From NCBI GenBank assembly GCA_051294375.1, contig CM119263.1, positions 8,974,278-9,038,257 on the forward strand: a DNA stretch of 63,980 nucleotides, read 5' to 3'. A program made the translations under genes and the position numbers. The notes beneath the pieces were generated by a model that did not search any database, had not been told where the DNA came from, and saw only the letters and a program-made list of their open reading frames with translations. Below, piece after piece: positions 49,357 to 62,993 of this stretch. The first letter of the stretch is position 1; every line of letters begins with the position of its first letter. The stretch is from Paraspadella gotoi (lineage: Eukaryota; Animalia; Chaetognatha).

Positions 49357-52300
49357 CTACAACTCTATGCTGGTGTAATGTCGATCCCTCGCGTAGTTCA
49401 TCATGGGATGCGGACACAGCGAAGTGTCCGAAAAGGCGATGTACGACTGACTGTAGTTGGACGCTCGCCCGTCCAGTCGTGGCGGTAACGTGTTAAACAG
49501 ATTCTCCCAAAAGTTGGCCTCGCCCCACCGCAGGTAGGTGTATCCGTTGTGCGGGCCGAAGGAGGCCATTGTGAAGGCGTCCATAGTGTTCCAATTGGGC
49601 GCCCGTTGGCTTCCACGCACAAGGTGTCCATGGAGACGACGATGAGCTTATGGCGACAATTTCTGAAGATCTTGGAGTGGAGGGGTCTGAGTTTGGGCAT
49701 CTGGAACTCGTGGTTGATGTAGTTGGCGGTGACGACGAGGATGAGACGCCGCGAGAGGTCGATGGCGCTCATGTTCATGCGGGCGTTGAGTTCGGGCATG
49801 CCCGTCTGCGAATAGCAGAGTCGATAGCCCAAGTTGTTCTTCTCCAGCGGATTAATGATCTCGTGCTTGACGCGCTCTTGGTCCGCTGAGGCGTAGAGGA
49901 TGAGGGCGTCGTAGAGCGGTTCCATCTCGGCCTCGCTTCCCGTGGAGGAGCGAGATTCGGCGCCGAGCGAAGAGTTGAAGTTGACGGCGCCGCGCCGACC
50001 CGTCATCCACCAACGGAGGCTTTGACGATGCCTGGTGGGTTGGGAGAAAACAAAAGTTTTTTGTCATTAAGAAAATATTCATGGGGATACTCTAACTTCT
50101 TAAAATTTTTAACATTTTGCAATAATTATTTTGTAGCTGTTTGACCGGAAATATTCATGTGTATTTAAGTTCTTATTTTCATTATTTTATTATTTCGACT
50201 TTTCCTCACCTGTACAATAACGCGGCCAACGCGATCACGATTAGCGTCAGCGTTGCCATGACGACGATAGATATGATTTGGACGTCGGTCAGCGCCTTCG
50301 GCGGCGCCCTCGTCGTTCCACCTGCGTCCACCTGGCGCTGGATACCTGCTCGTCGGTACTACGCGAGTCTAGCGTGGCGTTGCGCGCGCGCGGTCTCGGC
50401 GTCGTCGCCTCCGCCGGCGTCGTCACGATGTCGCCACATTCGATCGCCAATTCGCGCATCGTTCGAGGGTCCAGCGCCGGGTAAAGCACGGCGCCGCGGC
50501 GCGAGAGTGGCGCCGCCTACGTCGCGATCGGAAGCGACGCCGTCCGACCCCGCGTCGCGCTCTGGCGCCGGATTCTTCATCGCCCTCTTCGGCACCATCG
50601 GCGCCACCGCTCCTGCCGTTAGCCAGCAGGCAGCTCAAGTTCCGCACGTCGTAGATGATCTTCCGGTTGCGCGCGACAAAAGTGGTGAAGACGCGCGTGA
50701 ATTCGCACGTGCACGGGTACATGTTATCAGAAACGGTGAGCGTGGCGAGCGAGGCGGGCAGCGCGCGCGGCAGCGAAGCCTCCACCGTCGCCAGCGTCGT
50801 CAAGTGATTGTTGCTAAGCGTTAGGACGCGAAGATCCGTCATGTCGTCGAAGGCTCCGGATTCGACGAAGGAGATAGCGTTAAAGTCGAGGCGCAACTCT
50901 TGTAGATAGGGCACGCCCGCGAACTGCGCCGAGTAGATTTTGGTCAGCTTGTTGCTCTCCAGGTGAAGCGTGGTCAGCCGGGGCAAATCGTCAACGCGTC
51001 CGACTCGAGAATCTGAATGTTGCTGGTTGTTGAGGTAGAGGCGTTCGAGCTGGCGACGACCCGCGATGCCGTTTCTGGAAGAGGGAAGATAGGAAAAAAA
51101 TCGTTTGCATATTACGGTTCAAAGGGATGAAATTTCAGTGAGGAGGACGTAAATTAAGATCTTCAAAATTTCAAATGTCGCACATTGACAAAATAATCAA
51201 AAATTAAAAATCCTTATGTTTTAGAAATTGAGAAGTCGTTGTGCCTCAATTACCTCGTGAGCCTCTCTAATCGATTCCCGTCGAGGAAGAGATCCTTCAC
51301 CGTCACCGGAACGTAAGTTGACACCTTCCCCAGGTTCGCCTCCGAGCACCTCACGATGTGCACCGTCCACGCCAGATCCTTGTAGCAGGTTGCAGCCGGT
51401 GGGACAGATCATGCGACCTTGGCAGGTGTAGTAATCGCAGCAGGCGCCGAACTTGGACCTGTCGCACCATCGGTGTACTCGCAGACGAAGTCTTTCCCGC
51501 TCGCCGCGACGAGCAGTATGTTCTTTTTCTCGATGCGGCTGAAGCAGTAGAGTTGCTGCAGATCGGGCACCTTGGGCAGCCGCAGCATCGTCAGGGTGGC
51601 CTGAAACTCTTTGATGCGTTGCAGCCAGTTGTTCTGGCAATCGCACATTAGCGGATTGCCAGCCAGAAAGATGGAGGGCACCGACGCCGCCTCGGGCGAG
51701 ATCTGCAACGCGCTCTGGGAGACGTGGCGGATCTTGTTGAAGTTGAGGTAACGCGATGTTGAGGTTTTTCATCGGCTGAAAGATTTGGGCTTCGATCGTC
51801 TCGATCAAGTTGAAGGAAGATCGAGGACCTTCAGGCTGTATTGGGGAGGGGTAGGAACAGGGGGGAGGGAGAGAGAAAGGAATGTAGGGAAGAAAGTAGG
51901 GGGGGAAGTAGGAAGACGTGAAGTTTTTATTTAAAAGAGAGAGGAACGATAAAATGGCAGAGAGAAGTATAAAAGAGAAAATAGTACACAAGAAGAAGGA
52001 AAAATAAAAGAAAGGAAGGAAACGAGAAATGATAAGGGAGGGATAAAAAGGGAAAAAAAAGGGAAGGAGAGTTATTTACGAGGAGTCATAATCTGCTCGA
52101 AATCTTGATCGACGCCTTAACCGACAAAACGATCGAGACCTAATTCTCGAAAATCTATCTTTCTCTCGGGCGATGTCGAGTAAAAACAAAAACAAGAACA
52201 ACGAAAACAATCGTCCGCTCTTTGGCCCAAATTAAAAAGAACCCCGTTAGAGTTAAATACCTGTAAGGAAAAGAGTTGTGGTCGATGTGTTTGATCTTGT

Positions 52301-52518
52301 TGTGCGAGATGACGAGCGACTGCAGGACGTTAAGTTGACCGAAGACGCCAGTGATGTCTAATATGTTGTTGTGGGAAGCGTCGAGATGCTGGAGCCGCTT
52401 GAGATCGCGAAAGGCGTAGATCTCCACGTTGGTGACGTCGTTGGCGCTCAAGTCGAGGCTGGTGATGGAAGGCGTCGAGGCGAAGACTCCGTTGGAAAGG
52501 CTCGTCAATTTGTTGTGT
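49357..52518 (-). other. Frameshifted copy of the Toll receptor 3' exons (palindrome right arm), contiguous with the 5' exons
   Basis: Direct copy of 31277-34441, with 1-bp indels identical to those in 40697-43858. Confidence 0.9.
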
Positions 52519-53400
52519 CTGCGGAAAGGCGAGAAAAAAGAAAGAGTGAGAACTGAGAAGTTGTGAATAGGAAGTGATATAAAAAAGTTTCGCGAAGAAT
52601 GATAAAGAAAAAAAAAACGATCGAGTCGTTCGCCAAACATATCGATCTCCTCTCTCTTCTCTCCTCTTCCTCCCCATGCTCTCCTCCGCCTTTTCCCGTC
52701 CCTCCCTCTCCCTCTCCATCTCCAGCTCCCCCTCCTCCGCAATAAAAACCGGTCGCTTAATCCGTTAATCGCTCCCTTCAATTACGATTCGCTGCCCCGA
52801 ATAACGAAGAAACTGGGGCGAGGTCGAAGACTGCCATGGATATTGTGGCCAAATATTGTGGAGAAATTGTGTGGTTGAGGCAGCTTAGAAAGACTGTGGA
52901 TAAGATTGCGGTGGCGTTTGTTAATATAATATTGTAAATATAATATGTTAATATAGATTGCGGTGGCGTTTGTTAATATAATATTGTAAATATAATATGT
53001 TAATATAAGATTGCGGTGGCGTTTGTTAATATAGCTTTGGATTCTCCTCGGGAGTTCGAAGTTAACTGAAGCTGAGAGTAAGCTAGGTGTTCGCCGTAGC
53101 GATCATTAAAGGGTCATGATGGACTAGGGCTAGGATGTACGAGGAAGAGACGGATTGATGGAGAATGGAAGGGGGCGTTGATGGAGTCGGTCGTTGAAAG
53201 AAGATAAGTTTTGCTGAAGAAAAGGAATCGACCATTTGGATTTGAGAGAAAGAGCCTTGGGGAGAAGAAGGCGAAGGTGATTGGCTGGGGATGGGAGGTG
53301 GTGAGATTTGATTGGAGGAGGAGAAGAGGAAGATGGTGGGGAGTTTAACGATAGGAAACTGATGCGGATAAATCAAATATAACATCAAATTTCATAGTGG

Positions 53401-53486
<86 letters not shown>

Positions 53487-54423
53487 CGCGCCGGGTCGAT
53501 TCTCAAGAACAATAACGATATTATTATCAAAAAAAGTCAGAAATTCCCGGCGCGCCGCCCGGGATTCGCGGCGCCCCTGGGGCAGAGAGAAACCGATGGT
53601 CGGGTCTTTAGAGGTCGAGGGTCAGATTGAATTCGTGTTGGGGGGAAGAGAGGGAATGAAGGAATAAAGAAAGAAAGGAAGAAAGATAGAAAGAAAAAGA
53701 AAAAGATAGAAAGAAAGAGAGAAAGATAGAAAGAAGGAAAAAAAGGACGAAACAAAGAAAGAAAGAAAAACGGACGAAAGAAAGGAAGAAAGAAAGAAAT
53801 GGAAAAAAAAAGTACCAAAAGCAAGAAAAAAAAAAAGAAAAAGAAAAAGCTAAAAAAAGAAAAAAAGAAAAAAGAAGAAAAAATAGGATAAAGAAAAGAA
53901 GTAACAGGAAAGAAGAAATGTAAAATGGAAAGAAAGAAAGAAAGAAAGAAAGCGAGCGAGCTTGTCGAAAGTCGAAACCCGCGGGGCGGCCAACATTTTT
54001 TTCGCCGCATTGGAAAGAATTTTCGCCTCTGGGCTCCTGGGAATTAGGATGGGGAGAGATCAAGAGGGAAGGAAGGTGGGATGACGGAATGTACGGACAT
54101 AGATGAGTTGGCGAAACGAAAGGGGTTTGGTCAGCGCGAGATTTTAAAAGGTCAAAGAAAGTTGCCTATTGGGAAGTTTAATATTTAAATATGAATTGCG
54201 GATACGGTCAGCGATTGCGGGAGAGTCGCGGACCGGAACTGGTGAGAGCGAACCATATGTCGTCGTTATCGTCGTCGTGGTCGTCGTCGTAATTGTGATC
54301 GTCGTCCTCTAAGAGGGGAGTCCGTATTCTTTCCCCTCGGAACATCGGCTAACGATTCGACGAGAGGAAATCGATTGTAAATCAAGAGATCTGCTTCATT
54401 CTCCCCCGCATTCTCTCTCTCTC

Positions 54424-54518
<95 letters not shown>

Positions 54519-54661
54519 ATTTTATTTTCTCGAATTTTGAGCCGGTTTTATCCATTTAAAATCAACAAAAAACAGAGAAGAGGGCTTATCTTTTCATTTT
54601 TTCCCTAAACAGGAAGAAAACTGTTTTTTATTTCATTTATCCGCCAGATTTATTACTTCAT

Positions 54662-54717
<56 letters not shown>

Positions 54718-55981
54718 GGAGAGAGGGAGAGAGAGAGAGAGAGAGAGAAATCCCCCTCAACAATTATCGTACGAGACTTTGTTTTCTTTGGAAATCCCCG
54801 TCGATTTGGCCTCAAAGCCGCGAGATGCCGCAGAAGAAACGCTAGACCCGCGCGGAGGTCTTCGCGTCTGAAGGGGTCGAGGGGTCGTGAACGTGGAGAG
54901 AAGAGCAGGTTGGATGATCGCGTGAATTATCGAGAGCCAGATGTTGAGAATCAAAAAAAAAAAAGTGGAAATCCGGGGGAGAAAAGTGAGAAAAGTGCGA
55001 GCGGAGAAAATGAAATCATCGACGTGAAGATGAGGAGATTCGCTCTTCGACTAGCAAATCACAATCTGGTCATTAATCTCACGCGCTTGACCCATTAATC
55101 TTCGTCCGAGCGGACGTTTCACGTCGCAGCTGCGTGAGTGGGGTGGGAACGGTCAGAGGAGGCGCGAATGGAGCTGATTAAGGCGGACAAGAGAGAATAA
55201 CTGTTTCTTTTTAGATGTGCTGCAATTTCGAAACGAAAGTATAAATAAGTATATATAAAAAAGAATAGCTCCTGGTCGTTGCAAGCTGACGATTGGAATC
55301 GATTGGCAACAGGACTGCGCCAGGTCTCTTTTTTTTCTCTTCTCTAATTGGAATCCGTGAGCCAGTTTCCTTTTTTTTTTCTTTTTGTTTGTTTTTTTTA
55401 ATTCGCGTCGAGGTGGATTCTCATTATCGCGGATCCTCCGTTTTTTTTTTCTTTCACATCATTTCACGTTTTTGCGCCTGATTTTTTTTTCTCTTTTTTT
55501 TCTTTGCCTTGCAGCTCCAATTATTCTTTTTTTTTACTCTCTCCTTTTTTTCGTTGCGTTTCGTTTTCCTTTTTTTGTTTCGTAGTTTTATCTTGTCTTT
55601 GGTTCTTTCCTTGCAATTTCTTTTTAAAAATAATATTTTTTGGTAAAACCTTATTTTTGGTTTACTCTTCTAAACGATCATGTTAATTACTCTTTGTTAT
55701 TTTTTCCCTGTCTTTCGACTGTGTTCTAAATTCTTTTCGCTCGTTCCTTGGCGACCTCCAGTCAACAACCTTAAATGGCTTTCACTTCGTCTTTTGGAGT
55801 AATAACCTTTAATCTTTGCCCCAGAGTCTTTTGACAACGAGCAGTTAACCTTTTCGACATTCCATCTTCCACAACCTTTCCTTTGACGGAAAGTTTAGAA
55901 AAAACCCTTTCGGACTCTTGAACGGAATCCCGCGACGACAACATCGACAACGACGACGACTCCCTCTCCCCCTCTATTCAC

Positions 55982-58900
55982 CTCATATTCAGCCGCGTCA
56001 ACGCTAAGAGTCCCGCCAGCGAATCCCGCGTGACCTCCGCGATGTTGTTGTTGCTGAGGTCGAGCGACTCGAGGCGGCGGAGATCCTTGAGGGCGGCGGG
56101 GACGGCGTTGAGGTTATTGGCGGTCATGTTGAGGGCGACGAGGTGATCGAGGCCGCGAAAGGCGAACTCGTCCACCAGCTGGACGGCGTTGTGCTGCAGG
56201 TCGAGGCGAAGCAGCGCCGAACTCGCCGTCGCGGCGCCGGCGCCCGATGGATCGGCGCCCGCGGCGGCGCCGGCGAAGACCCCGTTGGAGATTCGACGCA
56301 ACTTGTTGCCGTTGAGGCGAAGGAGGGTGAGTTTGGGTGTGTGGGCGAAGACGCCGAAGGGGATTTCCTGGGGGGGGAAGTGAGGGTTTGGGGTGGGAGG
56401 GGCGAGAGGAGGTGGGGGAGGGAAAGGACGANNNNNNNNNNNNNNNNNNNNNNNNNGGTGGGAGTGAATAATGAATATAATTGAAATTTTAAAGAAATAT
56501 AAAAAATTAATAATAATTCACTGATCATCATCTTCTAATTCTGTCATCTGATTTAAACCATACCACAATTTAATCTCCTTTTCTACCTGCAGATCGTTAT
56601 GTTCCAGATTGATCGAGGTCAACTCGCCCACCGCCAGAAAGGTGCTGCCCGTGAGCTTCTCCAGCCGGTTGAAGGCGAGATCGAGCGTCTCCAGACGCCC
56701 CATGTCGCGGAAGAGCTCGTCGGGGGCGAGACCGTCGAAGGACAACTCGTTGCGGCGAAGGTCGAGGCTTCGGAGGCGGGAGAGGCCGGCGAAGGCCGTG
56801 GCGGAGGTGTCGACGAGCCGGTTGAAGGCGAGAGAGAGGAATTCCAAATCGGGGAGCAGGTTGAAGAGGCGAGGGGGGATCTGAGAGCACGTGGGGTTGG
56901 TGTGGGAAAAATTAGTTATTTCAGAATACCAAACTTGAATTTTAACCATTTAGTTTTTTTAGAGCGTGGGGATAGGAAAATTTCAGATTACTCTTTAGTT
57001 TTAGATAAATATCCAATGATACAATGTCTCGAGATTTGACCGCTGAAATTCTTTATGAATATTTTGAGCTCAGAAAATGAATCATCGTGATTTTGCATAC
57101 GATTTTTATTTCAATTTTAATTACTCATTTTAACGAAAATTATCCCTTTTATCGAAAATAAACGAACCGTTAACCAATAAATACACCGTTTATTTAGGCT
57201 TTCAATATGCAAATTAAATTTAGCGCTAACAATTTTTTTTTCTATTTCAAACTCGAAATGATTTCTTCTCCATTCCTATTGGCTACTGATGGAATTCCTC
57301 GAGTGTGTAGCGAAATACGGTGATGTGTAGCTCAATATTTATGTGTGGTTAATTGGTTATATGATTAAGCTAATAAAGCTTGGGGAGAGTGAAACAAGGC
57401 TTTTTCTGGGGACGAAAACGGAAAAGGCGAAAAAAGGTTAAAAAGTGAAACGAGAAACGAATTCGATGTGAAAGAAATAAATGAGAAAAGAAAGAAGTGA
57501 AAAGGAAATAGAGTGAGAGCGGAAAATGGCGAATGAGAGGGAGACAGTTTTGAGAATGTTTTAAATGAATTATTTAATTATTTTGAACGGCGATTTAAAA
57601 CAAGATTGGAATGAGTTAATAATATAGACAGGGACGGTCAGGGACCGAATGTAGCTCCAATAGAAATTGAGGTATACAGAATGATTCTATAAAGAATACA
57701 ACGTGATAATATATAATTTAACATATCAAACTTGATTAGGATGATATGAAAATTAACCGACGAAGTGAACGAGGGGAAGGAGTGAAGTTTGATGTGGAGA
57801 ACTGAACCGGAAATTGAGCGCTGGTGGAAAAGGATAAAGGAAAGGAGTTTGGGTGGAGATTAAAAAAAAGGAAAGGGAGAAAAGAGAACTAAAAATGGGG
57901 AAAGATTAATCATTCCTCGCCTGGGGGGATAGAAGAGGGGATCGGGAGGACAGAAGAGGGGAGCGGGGGGATAGAAGAGGAGAGCGGGTGGGTGCCTCGG
58001 AAAACTGAGATGAGGAAAACAAAAAAAGGGCGGAATGAGAAATGAGAAGACGAAATCATGAGTGAAACGTTGAAAATGAGAGAAAGCAAAATTAAGAAAC
58101 AAACCAGAGATGAAAAGAAAAACATGAAAAAGGCAAAAAAATATGAAAGAAAAAGAAAATGATAGAATGAAGGAAGAAAAAGCGAAAGAAAAGCAAAATA
58201 TACACGGATTCGATTTAAGAAAACAAAAAATACACGCGAGACCTCGTTGANNNNNNNNNNNNNNNNNNNNNNNNNNNNNNNNNNNNNNNNNNNNNNNNNN
58301 NNNNNNNNNNNNNNNNNNNNNNNNNNNNNNNNNNNNNNNNNNNNNNNNNNNNNNNNNNNNNNNNNNNNNNNNNNNNNNNNNNNNNNNNNNNNNNNNNNNN
58401 NNNNNNNNNNNNNNNNNNNNNNNNNNNNNNNNNNNNNNNNNNNNNNNNNNNNNNNNNNNNNNNNNNNNCGGCATGGCGAGAAAAGGGCAATGTATTTAAT
58501 TGAATTTAAATAGAACGATTCATCCGACCAAATATTAAAACTGATTTATTCCCCATGAAATGATTTTTTAAAGTTAAGGTTATGGCGTAATTTTAAATAA
58601 GGGTCTTAACTTTAAAGTTTAAACAAGCCACACCATCGTTCAAACTCTCCCCACCCATTTCCTAATCCCTCGTCTCTCTTCTCGATATCAAAGGTTTTCA
58701 ATTTCGCCCAAATCTTTTTTTGTTTCTCNNNNNNNNNNNNNNNNNNNNNNNNNNNNNNNNNNNNNNNNNNNNNNNNNNNNNNNNNNNNNNNNNNNNNNNN
58801 NNNNNNNNNNNNNNNNNNNNNNNNNNNNNNNNNNNNNNNNNNNNNNNNNNNNNNNNNNNNNNNNNNNNNNNNNNNNNNNNNNNNNNNNNNNNNNAGATTT

Positions 58901-61281
58901 AACACGTGAGTCACTTCTTTTAAACCTAACCGAAAGTTAAAAATATTTAAATTGATTCGTAAAAAAACTATTCTATCAATATGTATCTTTTCTTCAGGGC
59001 CTTTCCTTATATAACTACATATAAAACATGTTATTGAGAATAATTTTATGGTCCTGATGTAAAAAAAAAATTATGTGAAAAACTGAAAATAAAAATAAAA
59101 TATTAATAAACAAAAAAAACTAACAAAAAAACTAGAAACTTCTCTCAGCCGATCAATCACCCTCTTTCGCAATCTTAAACCCGTATCTTAATTTATGATC
59201 CTTATTTTAAAACTGCATTCTATACGAATGTAGCTTTGTAAATCGAACGAGTGCTAAGAGGAAGGTGGGGTGAGAGCGGAGAGAAAAGGGGGCGTGGTCG
59301 AAATGTAACTCGTCAAAATTTTCATCGTCGTCTCGAATGTTTTCTTGACAAGAAACAAAATAAACAAAAAAATGAAATCGAAGCTTTCTTCTCGGTGATA
59401 CGTTACGAAAGGGAAATAAAATTTTGAAAGGGGAGAGAGAGAGAGNNNNNNNNNNNNNNNNNNNNNNNNNNNNNNNNNNNNNNNNNNNNNNNNNNNNNNN
59501 NNNNNNNNNNNNNNNNNNNNNNNNNNNNNNNNNNNNNNNNNNNNNNNNNNNNNNNNNNNNNNNNNNNNNNNNNNNNNNNNNNNNNNNNNNNNNNNNNNNN
59601 NNNNNNNNNNNNNNNNNNNNNNNNNNNNNNNNNNNNNNNNNNNNNNNNNNNNNNNNNNNNNNNNNNNNNNNNNNNNNNNNNNNNNNNNNNNNNNNNNNNN
59701 NNNNNNNNNNNNNNNNNNNNNNNNNNNNNNNNNNNNNNNNNNNNNNNNNNGAGAGAGAATCGAATTCCCCGGCCTAAATCTACGTCGCAGAGAAAAGGTT
59801 GACTTTTTTCGCGTCGGAAACAAACAAAATCCCGATTCTGAGTCCACAGCAGAAATTTAGAGGAAGTGGAAGAGGGGAAGAGGGTGGANNNNNNNNNNNN
59901 NNNNNNNNNNNNNNNNNNNNNNNNNNNNNNNNNNNNNNNNNNNNNNNNNNNNNNNNNNNNNNNNNNNNNNNNNNNNNNNNNNNNNNNNNNNNNNNNNNNN
60001 NNNNNNNNNNNNNNNNNNNNNNNNNNNNNNNNNNNNNNNNNNNNNNNNNNNNNNNNNNNNNNNNNNNNNNNNNNNNNNNNNNNNNNNNNNNNNNNNNNNN
60101 NNCCAATTTTATTGAAGAAAAAAGTTTTTAAGGGGAGAACGACAAATCGGATAAGAGAACCTTAAGCGACAGAAAAAGCTCAGTCGGCGGAAGAGATTAA
60201 GGTAGTGGGGAAGAGGGACGAAATGCCGGAGAGAAAATGCAAAGAATTTAAGCGAGTCTTAACCGGGACAGATTTTTTTCCTCTTTTTCCGGAAAAAAGG
60301 AGCAAAAAAAAAGTTTGACAAAAAAAAAAAGTAATTGCGGTGAAATGCAGCAGCTGAGACAGCATTGCTTGGTTTGGGACAGAAGCCGTGCGGTACAGTG
60401 ATCGCTGCACAGTGTCCAGTNNNNNNNNNNTGGTTTGGGACAGAAGTTGTGCGGTACAGTGATCACTGCACAGTGTCCAGTGTTGATGCACGCGCATATT
60501 TAACGAACGATTTACGCTGGACTCACCTGGGCGAGCCGATTGTGTGAGAGGTCTAGGTGATCGAGCAACTGGACGTCGGCGAAAACGTCTTCGTGAACGG
60601 AGTCGATGACATTTTGGGACAAGTCGAGATATTTCAAGTTCTCCATTCCTCGGAAAACCTTTGGTTAAAAAATAATAAACGATTTAATAAATCAATAAAT
60701 CAATAAACAATTTTATCGTTCGATCAATCAATCAAGCAATCAATCCATAAATCAATCAATCAAAAAATCAATCCATCAATCAATAAATCAATTAATCAAT
60801 CAGTCAATCAATCAGTCAATCAATCATTCAATCATCAGTCATCTTATCCCAGACCTGCGATATCACGCTGGAGATCTTATTCCTCGATAGATCGAGCGAC
60901 GTCAGCAGCTTCAGTCGAGCAGCCACTTGGGGAATGTTGGTGCTGTAGATGTGCGGAAACTCGTTCCTCGAGAGGTTGAGTTGACGCAGCGTCGACGCCA
61001 CCGAGTCCAACACCCCGCGCGGGTGCAACACCTGGATACGGTTCCCGGAGAGGTCCAGACTCTGCAGCGCCGGCAGCCCCGCGAAGGCGCCGGGCTCGAC
61101 GCGGGTCGGCGTCGTCGAATCTCTGAGCGTCAGCGACCGGAGGTTCGTCATCCCGCGGAAGGCGGAGGGCGGGACTTCGCTGAGACGGCATCTCTCGACG
61201 AGCAACTCCTCGACGGTCGAGAGGCCGACGAACATGTCCGCGCGGAGTCGGAATTCCGCGGAGGGGTTGAGGCAGCGGAGG
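55982..61281 (-). CDS. Toll-like receptor 5' LRR exons (>=61281-60855, 60658-60527, 56880-56587, 56367-55982); the start codon lies in or beyond the N gap at 61282-61516
   Basis: Continuous LxxLxLxxN repeats (LQSLDLSGNRI, LKYLDLSQNVI, LEFLSLAFNRL, LESLDLSNNNI). Exon phases 0,0,0,2 join in frame to the R-HNKLTSL exon at 52518 or 34441. Confidence 0.9.
60370..60481. repeat. Intronic minisatellite, at least two ~50-60-bp units either side of a 10-N gap
   Basis: TGGTTTGGGACAGAAG(CC/TT)GTGCGGTACAGTGATC(G/A)CTGCACAGTGTCCAGT occurs twice. Confidence 0.8.
60685..60837. repeat. Degenerate (AATC)n microsatellite in a Toll intron
   Basis: Direct tetranucleotide run. Confidence 0.85.
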
Positions 61282-62979
61282 NNNNNNNNNNNNNNNNNNN
61301 NNNNNNNNNNNNNNNNNNNNNNNNNNNNNNNNNNNNNNNNNNNNNNNNNNNNNNNNNNNNNNNNNNNNNNNNNNNNNNNNNNNNNNNNNNNNNNNNNNNN
61401 NNNNNNNNNNNNNNNNNNNNNNNNNNNNNNNNNNNNNNNNNNNNNNNNNNNNNNNNNNNNNNNNNNNNNNNNNNNNNNNNNNNNNNNNNNNNNNNNNNNN
61501 NNNNNNNNNNNNNNNNTTTATGCTAATTTCTTTGCCATCGAATCTTCTTTGAAAAGTCGTCTTCTCCTCCTCCTTTCTCTTCTTCTTCCTCCTTACTCTT
61601 CCTCCTCCCCCTCCTCCTCCTCGGAGTCGGCCTTCGATTCATCCGATTAAAGAACGAGGATAATTAAACCGGACAACCGGGGAAGAGAGGGGGAGAGAGA
61701 GAGAGGGGGGGGGAGATTGAGGGAGAGAGGGGAAAGAGGGAGAAGGAAAAAAAGTGAAGGGAGAGAGAGAGAAGTAGATAAAAGCAAAAGAGCTAAAAAG
61801 AGAGGTAGTTACGAAAGTGGGAAGGAGAAGGCAAGAGAGGAGAAGGTGAAAAGAGGAGTGAAGATTTTGATGGAAAATATTCAGAATTGAAACCGATAAT
61901 CACAACCACATCACACACAACCACAATAACCACATATTATTTTTCACACCAGGACTTCAATAAATTTTATCACATTTTCTTTCTTAACTTTTTTCTCGAA
62001 CGAAGAATTAAACAAAAAAACTTTCAAATTTTTAAAAGGTTTTTTTTCCGACATTATTGACAATTTTTTTCCTTTTTTTTTTTTTACGATAACTGTGTTT
62101 CATCACCCAACTCGCGTTATACTTCCGCGCCCTCGGTGGCGGTTTTATGGCTTTTATTTCCTCGTAAGTCTTTTCGTTCGAGAAAATCACTCGAGAATTT
62201 CGGCTCCTCTTCCCTCCAACTCTCTCTACTCGCTTTTCTACTCTTTCCTTTGTTAAAACTTCCTCGCTCTATACATTTCCCTACTTTCTCCTTCTCTTTT
62301 CCTACCATTTCGTCTCTTTCTTTATCTTCAACTTCCTCCCTATCTCTCTTTCACGTTTCCACCTCTCTCCCTCTCTCCCTCTCTCCCTCTCCCTCTTTCT
62401 CTCGACCCCCCGTTTTTAACATTTCTCGTGCGTATTGACAACTCGATTCGCCTTCGCTCGATCGCGCCGAAAGCCGACGCCGCGAACGCCGCCGCCGTCG
62501 CCGCCGACGACGACGCCGCCGCCACCGACGCCGACTCCGTCCTCGAAAACGTCTTCACATCGAAGCGTCGATGTCTGTTTATCGTCGTCGTCGTCGTTAA
62601 CTTTACGATCGTTATAACCGTTATCTTTGTTNNNNNNNNNNNNNNNNNNNNNNNNNNNNNNNNNNNNNNNNNNNNNNNNNNNNNNNNNNNNNNNNNNNNN
62701 NNNNNNNNNNNNNNNNNNNNNNNNNNNNNNNNNNNNNNNNNNNNNNNNNNNNNNNNNNNNNNNNNNNNNNNNNNNNNNNNNNNNNNGAGATGAGGCAATG
62801 ACGATTGGGCGTCTATAAGAGAAGATAATTGACAAAAACAAAAACAGCTGCAACAAAAACAAAACTGCAAGAAACTGTTAAATGTTGTTGTTACAATTGA
62901 AAATGTAATTCAAAATTTATAATTTTTCAGAATGTAAATTAAGAAATGCTAAAATGCACCAAGCGTTCCGTTTATTACG

Positions 62980-62993
62980 GTTGCCATGGAAAC
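62980..62993. promoter_or_regulatory. RFX-binding X-box motif GTTGCCATGGAAAC
   Basis: 13/14 match to the palindromic X-box GTTGCCATGGCAAC, with TAATCC/GGATTA motifs within 80 bp. It lies upstream of the Toll gene. Confidence 0.5.

Larger units (their letters stand above)
37209..56006. repeat. Giant, apparently perfect palindrome: arm 37209-46498 is the reverse complement of 46717-56006, with a 218-bp spacer; probable assembly artefact
   Basis: The ORFs in the track mirror across the centre, with coordinates summing to 93215 and identical translations including identical frameshifts. It starts immediately after a 25-N gap (37184-37208). Confidence 0.95.

Noticed and set aside
52901-53030. CRISPR-like repeat-spacer array
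   Set aside because: The linkers between cores are essentially identical rather than unique spacers, there are only 2-3 units, it lies in a eukaryotic intron, and there are no cas genes.
37209-56006. Local expansion of the Toll and AKR gene families (three copies each)
   Set aside because: The extra copies are partial, share identical frameshifts, include identical introns and abut a 25-N gap. They are better explained as assembly duplication.
62416-62630. Possible first coding exon of the Toll gene
   Set aside because: It is a GC-rich triplet-repeat stretch with no signal peptide or clear donor site, and it is flanked by gaps. It could be 5' UTR, but this cannot be supported.
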